DNA of 20,000 nucleotides from an uncultured virus (IMG/VR IMGVR_UViG_3300036835_000208) (lineage: Duplodnaviria; Heunggongvirae; Uroviricota; Caudoviricetes). The notes under the pieces are model-generated. The model saw only the letters and a program-made list of their open reading frames with translations. It was not told where the DNA came from and searched no databases. Shown piece by piece: positions 1-5,678 of this stretch; positions within the stretch are counted from its first letter, which is position 1; the number at the start of each line of letters is the position of its first letter. A program made the translations under genes and the position numbers. The stretch lies in the IMG/VR virus record IMGVR_UViG_3300036835_000208, one strand, 5' to 3'.

Positions 1-5
1 CGACC

Positions 6-206
6 GGCTCCAGGAGGAGCCATACCGGCCGCCGTTCGATTGCCGTACAGCCGCGATGCGGCACGCTCCTGAAAACGGAGCCATGCTGCCTCGCTCTTGC
101 GCAAGTTGCTTCCCGTGTGAGTCATTCGTGAACTAGCTCCATTCCGGAGCTGCTCTCATTCAAGTCTCCCCCATGCCTGCGAATCGGCTCCATGCGGGAG
201 CCATGC
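6..206. repeat. Array of four short palindromes GCTCC-N4-7-GGAGC
   Basis: GGCTCC-agga-GGAGCC (6-21), GCTCC-tgaaaac-GGAGC (65-81), AGCTCC-attcc-GGAGCT (135-151), GGCTCC-atgcg-GGAGCC (186-202). Three continue as GGAGCCAT. Unique sequence lies between them. Confidence 0.7.
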
Positions 207-337
207 AAAACGCACACATCAGGGGATTACCGATTAGTGCGCTGGAGTCCTAACGGCCGTGAGGCGGTTTCGTGAATCCCTTGCGGGGCACTTGACGTCC
301 TCCAGCTATGTCCGCCCCGCGCCTGCGAGGCAGGCAG

Positions 338-365
338 AGCTTACACCCTGCACAGGAAATTGCAA
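338..365 (-). promoter_or_regulatory. Possible leftward sigma70-type promoter
   Basis: Minus strand reads TTGCAA-16 nt-TAAGCT. It is divergent from the promoter at 408-436. Confidence 0.35.
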
Positions 366-407
366 GCCCTACCGTCGCGGGCGCAATTATCGGGACAGTC
401 TAATTTC

Positions 408-436
408 TTGACAGACGGGCTCGGGGCTGTTACCGT
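408..436 (+). promoter_or_regulatory. Rightward sigma70/SigA-type promoter
   Basis: TTGACA (408-413), 17-nt spacer, TACCGT (431-436), with an extended -10 TG. A TGTAATT box follows at 451-457, as in the early promoters. Confidence 0.75.
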
Positions 437-442
437 TAGCCG

Positions 443-1130
443 CAGCATGATGTAATTAGTAGCGGTAAGTAGCGGGTCGGATTAGAGCGCAGGATTATAA
501 TTACAATCTATAGCAGATTGTTTTTGTATTCCTGCAGGGATTGGCCGGGACTATCGCCAGCTCAATTCCATCCCATTAATTACATCATCTCAGCGAAATA
601 CGGGTTTGGCAAATTGAGCCACCCGGGAGCGGGTCGCCCTGACACCAGCCAGACACCGGAATTTTTGCTCAATTTTTTGGGCCTCGGCCGGAGAGGAGGG
701 ATGCTCGGCAACGTGGAGGCCTGGTCTGCCGCGCGGACAGGGGAGAGAACCCACGTGGACTCTCCTCTCCAGTCGTCTGGCCCGCTTACGATCCTAGCAG
801 CTCTCTGTGCATTCCTCTTGCGTCGGCGCGTCGGCAGTTGTGGAGCTAGGATCACCTGGCCCGGAGGCTGAGGGAGCTTCCTGTAGTTATCTGTACCAAT
901 ACGGCCAGTATCCCGGTGCGCGGATGACACAGGAGGCTCTCTGAGCCCCTGCGAGGCCCCGGGGGTAGGTCTGACTAGGGTTCGACCTACGATCGCCTGA
1001 GAATGGCTCCTGTGCCCGTACAGAGGCATATTCCCGTGACTGCTCAGACTTGGCGCTCGGAGCGGCGCGGCGTCAGAATTCGAGACCGACGTTAATACCG
1101 ACGCCGATCCCAGGGCAGGCAATTAACTAG
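443..1130 (+). ncRNA. Candidate large structured non-coding RNA (~690 nt), family not recognised
   Basis: Begins at the predicted TSS of the 408-436 promoter and lacks a convincing long ORF. At least eight helices tile the region, e.g. 447-460/575-588, 611-619/667-675, 790-798/845-853, 871-884/929-942, 965-971/984-990, 1068-1074/1100-1106. Their G-U wobbles work on the plus strand. The 3' boundary is approximate. Confidence 0.5.
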
Positions 1131-1131
1131 A

Positions 1132-1176
1132 GGAAAAGCAAAGAGCCCCGGGATGTGAGTCCCGAGGCTCTCGCTT
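1132..1176 (-). terminator. Intrinsic terminator closing the minus-strand early operon (possibly bidirectional)
   Basis: Minus strand: GAGAGCCTCGGGA-ctcaca-TCCCGGGGCTCT followed by TTGCTTTTCC, about 100 nt downstream of the last minus-strand gene. Confidence 0.75.
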
Positions 1177-1276
1177 GTGACTTACCCGGACGGTCTCAGC
1201 CGTTAATGGTGCCGGGTCATCACGCTCCGATATGGGGATAGCCGCATCGGAACTTTGACACACACAGGAAGAACCT

Positions 1277-1771
1277 TCACAGTAGCACAGGCTGGAAGAT
1301 AGCGGCGACCGTAACTCTCAGTACATTCTTTTTCAGCGGCGTCACTCGATGTTCCCACTGGCTAGGAAACACTACTAGGTCTCCATAAATAGCAGGACAG
1401 AGAGTAGGCATCCTGGCAATCGGGTTTCTTCTCGGTTTCTTTATTTGTAGCGCGCCGCCGTCTGTCTTGTAATCAAGGTTGCTGAGAAAGAGCGTGGCGC
1501 TGAGTGTGTCCGGCCTGCCTTCCCTATGCCATCCAAAGTCATGGCTCTGGCGCGTGAGGATGTGAACCCTGCAGCCGCCGACGCCTGACATCAGCTCCAT
1601 CGGATGATCGGCCAGCGTGGAGGCGATACCCTCCAGAGTCGGCGCGAGCTGTTCCCACCAGGGGATACTCGTACGGTCTCGCATCTCGGGCTTGTCACCT
1701 GGCTTCAGATCCTCGGCCAGCCAGCCATCGGAAACAAAATTGATAAGCGGAGCAAGAGTCAGTCGGATCAT
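1277..1771 (-). CDS. 2OG-Fe(II) oxygenase (prolyl-4-hydroxylase/PKHD-like)
   Basis: FGWHRE (Hx[D/E]), LSATLFL, GGAL, GDLVVFPS-WEHRVTP (distal His) and a downstream R-x-T. ATGA-coupled to the upstream gene. Confidence 0.85.
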   Translation of the reverse strand: MIRLTLAPLINFVSDGWLAEDLKPGDKPEMRDRTSIPWWEQLAPTLEGIASTLADHPMELMSGVGGCRVHILTRQSHDFGWHREGRPDTLSATLFLSNLDYKTDGGALQIKKPRRNPIARMPTLCPAIYGDLVVFPSQWEHRVTPLKKNVLRVTVAAIFQPVLL

Positions 1772-1950
1772 CTTTTTTCCTCGGTCGCCTTATCCTGCTC
1801 CTCTTTCCAGATCCGTGCCCGTAAACGCTCGCCCGCTTCCCATTGCCGTATCTGCTGCTCCCTACTTGGGCCAATGATCCCAAGCAAGAGCACAATACCA
1901 ATACCTACAAATACGACCAAGAAGATCATGTCATAAACAATTCCCATCAC
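1768..1950 (-). CDS. Small single-pass membrane protein
   Basis: Hydrophobic IFLVVFVGIGIVLLLGIIG followed by a charged helix; abuts both neighbours. Confidence 0.7.
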   Translation of the reverse strand: MMGIVYDMIFLVVFVGIGIVLLLGIIGPSREQQIRQWEAGERLRARIWKEEQDKATEEKR

Positions 1951-2193
1951 TCAGTTCACCGGCCTTGCGATGATTGCATCGGCCTCTTGCTCAGACCGGA
2001 TGCGCAGGATTACTGCCTCTGCTGTTTTCACAGACATCTTAGTGCCAAGTTGAAAACCGACCTCATACATCTGTCTGTCTGGAGTAATGACAAGAGCAGC
2101 CATCGGGGCCAAGAAGGATTGCACATTCTTGAACTCTACGATGTACTCTCCATCCCCGTACATATAACCGCCTAGATAATTTACCGTTGCCAT
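1951..2193 (-). CDS. Hypothetical early protein
   Basis: 80-aa ORF whose ATG directly follows AGGGGATAGC and its own promoter. Confidence 0.75.
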   Translation of the reverse strand: MATVNYLGGYMYGDGEYIVEFKNVQSFLAPMAALVITPDRQMYEVGFQLGTKMSVKTAEAVILRIRSEQEADAIIARPVN

Positions 2194-2227
2194 GCTATCC
2201 CCTTTGGTCGAATTACCTTATAGCCCT

Positions 2228-2256
2228 ACGGTAGCATAATTACATCTAGCTGTCAG
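2228..2256 (-). promoter_or_regulatory. Early promoter cassette, copy 1
   Basis: CTGACA-17 nt (containing TGTAATT)-TACCGT, then GGTAATT and AGGGGATAGC-ATG. Confidence 0.65.
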
Positions 2257-2590
2257 CCTGAACGTAGTAGGTCTGACCAAGAAACTCCACAGTCATGTAA
2301 TCCCTCTTCAGCGCGTCGGCTGCTGCTTCCCAGTCAATATGATAGAGCGGCCACCCGATTTCCCTAGGAACAGCACCGATGTCCTCGGCTAGCTCTTGCG
2401 CATACTCCGTGAAATAGTCCTCCCGGATCAAAGTTGCCCCGTCGTACCAGTCCGGGATACCATCGTCAATCAGAGATTCGATTGCCTGCAACCGCTCACG
2501 TTCCTCCTCCCCAAGATCATCCTTATCCTGGAGAAGCAGATTCAATTCGTCAATCAGACACCGGCTGTCAATAATCCTATCGTCAGTCAT
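2246..2590 (-). CDS. ArdA-like antirestriction (DNA mimic) protein
   Basis: Start reassigned to MTDDRIID after AGGGGATAGC. Very acidic. FTEYAQELAED...HIDWEAAADALKRDY..VEFLGQTYY resembles the ArdA C-terminal signature. Confidence 0.7.
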   Translation of the reverse strand: MTDDRIIDSRCLIDELNLLLQDKDDLGEEERERLQAIESLIDDGIPDWYDGATLIREDYFTEYAQELAEDIGAVPREIGWPLYHIDWEAAADALKRDYMTVEFLGQTYYVQADS

Positions 2591-2633
2591 TTTGCTATCC
2601 CCTCTCGTTCGCTGATTACATCTTACTCGCTCT

Positions 2634-2662
2634 AGGATACACAATTACACTTTACCTGTCAA
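2634..2662 (-). promoter_or_regulatory. Early promoter cassette, copy 2
   Basis: TTGACA-ggtaaagTGTAATTgtg-TATCCT (17-nt spacer), then TGTAATC and AGGGGATAGC. Confidence 0.8.
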
Positions 2663-2820
2663 GACTCCTCGCGCGGCTGTACTGCGACAAATTCCCAAGG
2701 GCTACCGTAGACGTGACTCAGTGCGTCGCCATCGCTCTCTGCAACCTCCTCCTCACTGAATGGCCCGTACAGCGTCAGACCGTCAAAGGCATTACCGACT
2801 GCCAAAATATAATCCTTCAT
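2659..2820 (-). CDS. 53-aa acidic hypothetical protein (not in the ORF track)
   Basis: AGGGGATAGCAAA-ATG; MKDYILAVGNAFDGLTLYGPFSEEEVAESDGDALSHVYGSPWEFVAVQPREES; fills the intergenic gap exactly. Confidence 0.75.
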   Translation of the reverse strand: MKDYILAVGNAFDGLTLYGPFSEEEVAESDGDALSHVYGSPWEFVAVQPREES

Positions 2821-2834
2821 TTTGCTATCCCCTT

Positions 2835-3287
2835 TCAGGCCCGAACCCAGGCGTCGAATTCATTTATATAAACAGATTCAATCATCTCTACAGGAATGTA
2901 ATCGGCAGTAGCGCGAGCATAGCGCTCGAAGCGTCTCCACCTTGCCAGGTCGATCGCATCCCAATCCTCCACATCGCTGAGACCGGCTACCGCAGCCCAG
3001 CCTCCAGAACGGCCCTCACTGTAGACTTTGACACTATTATCGGGCCAGATTTCCTCGGCCTCCTGCTGAAGATCCTCCCACCTGTACTCACAGGTGCCCC
3101 AAAAGAGCGAATCAATCTGCTCCTCACTTACATGCTGTTCGATCCACTTCTGTGTGAAGTGAGGATTGGCATTCGGGTTTTCCTTCTGCCACTTGGGCAA
3201 GCCCGACCACAAACCGCTATGCACCTTCACGTTCGCGGCAGGCATCCCGCTGCGTGAGTCAACGTCCTGTTTCGTATACGTCCGCAT
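2835..3287 (-). CDS. Hypothetical phage early protein with GRSGGW motif
   Basis: Start reassigned to MRTYTKQ after AGGGGATAGC; Trp- and acid-rich; SEGRSGGW motif. Confidence 0.75.
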   Translation of the reverse strand: MRTYTKQDVDSRSGMPAANVKVHSGLWSGLPKWQKENPNANPHFTQKWIEQHVSEEQIDSLFWGTCEYRWEDLQQEAEEIWPDNSVKVYSEGRSGGWAAVAGLSDVEDWDAIDLARWRRFERYARATADYIPVEMIESVYINEFDAWVRA

Positions 3288-3498
3288 TTTTGCTATCCCC
3301 TCTCTCAAACCGCGCAGTGAGAATATCGTTCTCATTGTTAATTGGAAGCCCTGGGTCAGCCAGGCTGAAGCCAGCCGCAGGAGTTACATAGAAAATACTA
3401 CGCTCTCCTAGCTTGTCCCAAGACAGGACAACAAAACCGACAGGCGTCTCTACTAGCACCTGCTCCCGGGGCTCTGTGAGCTTAACAGTTACGGCCAT
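3259..3498 (-). CDS. Hypothetical protein
   Basis: Start reassigned to MAVTVKL, preceded by GAGGGTGGGATAAC (motif variant); beta-rich composition. Confidence 0.6.
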   Translation of the reverse strand: MAVTVKLTEPREQVLVETPVGFVVLSWDKLGERSIFYVTPAAGFSLADPGLPINNENDILTARFERGDSKNADVYETGR

Positions 3499-3503
3499 TT
3501 CAG

Positions 3504-3740
3504 TTATCCCACCCTCTCGAACGGCGACGAGAAATGCAGCAGCGCACCGGGAGGGAACGGGGCCTGTAGATCCTCCCCAAACCATTCCTGGAGCCGCTCA
3601 AGCGTATCGGGCTCCTCGTCCACGTCTATGCGCGTATCTGTCTCGAAGCAGTGAATCAGGTAGGTATTCACGAACCCATGCTTCCACGCTGCATCAAACG
3701 CTACGCGCTTATTTCCTTTTACAATCAGTGACCTTCTCAC
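3504..3740 (-). CDS. Hypothetical early protein
   Basis: GTG start one base after AGGGGATAGC, directly downstream of promoter cassette copy 3. Confidence 0.75.
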   Translation of the reverse strand: MRRSLIVKGNKRVAFDAAWKHGFVNTYLIHCFETDTRIDVDEEPDTLERLQEWFGEDLQAPFPPGALLHFSSPFERVG

Positions 3741-3776
3741 GGCTATCCCCTCTCACTCGAATTACACACTGAGCGG

Positions 3777-3805
3777 AGTCTACAGAATTACACTTCACCT
3801 GTCAA
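3777..3805 (-). promoter_or_regulatory. Early promoter cassette, copy 3
   Basis: TTGACA-ggtgaagTGTAATTctg-TAGACT (17-nt spacer), then TGTAATT and AGGGGATAGC; near-identical to 2634-2662. Confidence 0.8.
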
Positions 3806-3818
3806 GCCCGTGCTATCG

Positions 3819-4841
3819 TCACCGTGTCCAGCTATAGGCTCGACTCGGGTGAAGCAGTAGCGGGAGACTTTCATCTCCTACTATTGTTTCCTCGATCCAA
3901 ACCTGCCTATGCATCTTCAGAGAGGGATAAAATTGATTGCGCCAATGACCGACACGATAGTGGCGATAGTGCAGCTCGCGTTTTCCCTCACCATTTTCTT
4001 TCGGTATGCGTACTGATTCTCGCCGCAGTCTGACCACGAGCACGCCCAGGTTCTCCACATCCCGGCGGATGGCACGCTTCCTGACACCGCGTGGTGCATC
4101 AATTTTTTGGACGACTGCGACCTTCTGAGCCATCATCCGGAAGAAGGTCTGCAGCGTGGCCCAGAGGCCCGCGTAATACTGCCTGAAGGCAGGATCGACA
4201 AGACGGCCCAAGCGATCTCCAGTCTCCGGGAGCGCATCCACCACCGCCTGTGTATCTGCCATCTCCTGCTCGAAGCTGAGACCAAAGGTGAGCTGCGTAT
4301 GGTGGAACAGAGACCACTTTGTCTCACCTGCCCACGCTCCACCCATCTTTTTCAATTCAAGATATGGCTCCAGGAAGTCATCCAGGCCGACATCATCGTC
4401 GTGACTGTAAATAGAGAAATGGACGCCATCACGTTCTTTGCCAGTGCCCATATCGACTGCGCGCGTATGCGCCCAAGCGATAGCTCTCGCAGCGGCGCGG
4501 CCCGCATAGCTATCGTAAACAATCAGAGGCGACCCATCCCCGGGGGTACCGAGGATGGCAAACCCGGGGGCGATGAAGAGGTCGGATTCCACGAACGGCT
4601 CGGGCTGGAAGCTCTCAGCGGCGTGAACGATCAGATCCTTGACCTCACCGGATATCCACATCGGAGCCCCGTATTTCATTTTGCCAGCTTCCAAAGCACA
4701 CATCACCTCGGGCTCCAGAGCAGCGCAGCCGTACTTTTCTAAATTACTCTTTTGCCAGCCAGTAGCAAAACTATGGCCCGGCTTGCTAGTCCAGAACTGA
4801 GCCAGCTCGGTCTTGGCATCCAGTGCGTCGTACCAACTCAT
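3819..4841 (-). CDS. 340-aa phage protein with C-terminal H-x-R-x-GHWR-x-Q motif
   Basis: Long ORF with AGGGGATAGCA-ATG; C-terminus HYRHYRVGHWRNQFYPSLKMHRQVWIEETIVG. Confidence 0.8.
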   Translation of the reverse strand: MSWYDALDAKTELAQFWTSKPGHSFATGWQKSNLEKYGCAALEPEVMCALEAGKMKYGAPMWISGEVKDLIVHAAESFQPEPFVESDLFIAPGFAILGTPGDGSPLIVYDSYAGRAAARAIAWAHTRAVDMGTGKERDGVHFSIYSHDDDVGLDDFLEPYLELKKMGGAWAGETKWSLFHHTQLTFGLSFEQEMADTQAVVDALPETGDRLGRLVDPAFRQYYAGLWATLQTFFRMMAQKVAVVQKIDAPRGVRKRAIRRDVENLGVLVVRLRRESVRIPKENGEGKRELHYRHYRVGHWRNQFYPSLKMHRQVWIEETIVGDESLPLLLHPSRAYSWTR

Positions 4842-4859
4842 TGCTATCCCCTTTTGAAA

Positions 4860-5042
4860 TTAAGCCCTGCGGAAGAAAATCTTAGCCAGCTCATCGGCCT
4901 GTGCCTTGGCGATGTTGAGCCCGAAGGTCAGCCGACGTAGATGGGCCATCGCCGGATCATCCAGCTTGGGGTCGTGCGGTACGGTTCGGTCGTACCACTC
5001 CTGCATGGACTCTTGCTCCGTGGCCCATTCGTAATCGCTCAC
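4860..5042 (-). CDS. Hypothetical protein
   Basis: 60 aa; GTGA overlap with the upstream stop; GGTGA-like RBS. Confidence 0.65.
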   Translation of the reverse strand: MSDYEWATEQESMQEWYDRTVPHDPKLDDPAMAHLRRLTFGLNIAKAQADELAKIFFRRA

Positions 5043-5329
5043 GTTCGTGTCACCTGCTTAATCGGTACCGTGCGCTCGTCAACTGGTTCCACCACAATTA
5101 CACTCAGTTTCGTCTCCTTTGTATTTGTCGGCTCGAACAGCAGAGTTAGATTCGCACCCTCCAGGGCATGATCGTCACATAGGTATGCGTTGCTTTCCGG
5201 TGCAAACATGGCAGCAGTCTTGCTCTTGTCCGGGTGCCCGTTATGCCAGACCCGACAGCGAACACCGATCCGGTTTTTCCCTTCTCGGGCACAGTTGTGG
5301 ACAATACAGAACGGATAACTGTCACTCAT
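5039..5329 (-). CDS. Small putative Zn-binding protein
   Basis: C-x4-C near the N-terminus and C-x2-H (LCDDH); RBS GAGGGAG. Confidence 0.7.
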   Translation of the reverse strand: MSDSYPFCIVHNCAREGKNRIGVRCRVWHNGHPDKSKTAAMFAPESNAYLCDDHALEGANLTLLFEPTNTKETKLSVIVVEPVDERTVPIKQVTRT

Positions 5330-5612
5330 ACTCCCTCATCTTTCTCCGTTGCGCTAGCTCGTCTGGCATCGGATCAGGAATGGTCGGGTCAGGATGATTG
5401 AACTCCCAATCCCGCATCCATATTTCCATTATCTCGTTTATTTCCTCTTGCCGTCTACCCTCACGGAGCGGAGCCAAGCACCAATTATTTACAGCTACCC
5501 CGATTCCGACGATGACTGGTAGCACGAGCCAACAGAGCGCAGCATCCCATGCGCTGTAGGCCAGCATCGTGATTAGACCGGCGATCCAGAACATCCACAG
5601 AAGTATTTTCAT
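5322..5612 (-). CDS. Two-helix membrane protein
   Basis: Probable start MKILLWMFW; two hydrophobic segments, then an acidic/Pro-rich tail. The start is uncertain (no clear RBS). Confidence 0.6.
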   Translation of the reverse strand: MKILLWMFWIAGLITMLAYSAWDAALCWLVLPVIVGIGVAVNNWCLAPLREGRRQEEINEIMEIWMRDWEFNHPDPTIPDPMPDELAQRRKMREYE

Positions 5613-5642
5613 TTTTGTAAATATGCTATCACTAGGATAGTT

Positions 5643-5678
5643 GGAGGGGGCGGAAAAAGATGCTATCCGCCCCACTCC
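5643..5678 (-). terminator. GC-rich hairpin directly after the stop of the basic protein (possible terminator without U-tract)
   Basis: GGAG-t-GGGGCGGA...TCCGCCCC-CTCC, 12-bp stem. Confidence 0.5.

Noticed and set aside
6..206. CRISPR mini-array (with the Cas4-like gene as a cas gene)
   Set aside because: The repeats are too short and variable and the spacing is irregular. The Cas4-like gene sits in a recombination module with no cas1, cas2 or effector genes.
215..275. Hammerhead ribozyme (CUGAUG and GAAA on the minus strand)
   Set aside because: The core reads CUGAUGU, not CUGANGA, and the stems do not assemble into the hammerhead topology.
423..990. tmRNA or tRNA (GGGGCTG at 423, GGTTCGAC at 979)
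   Set aside because: GGGGCTG lies inside the promoter spacer and lacks the following TTCGAC. GGTTCGAC is not in a T-arm with an acceptor stem or CCA.
518..1122. ORFs 518-871 (+, full length) and 580-1122 (-)
   Set aside because: No RBS at the listed starts and Pro/Arg/Ser-rich shadow-like composition. The minus ORF lies downstream of a terminator. Only the short 701/755-871 part is kept as a weak hypothesis.
1255..1283. Plus-strand promoter at TTGACA 1255
   Set aside because: No good -10 at 16-18 nt (best is CACAGT), and it would only transcribe antisense.
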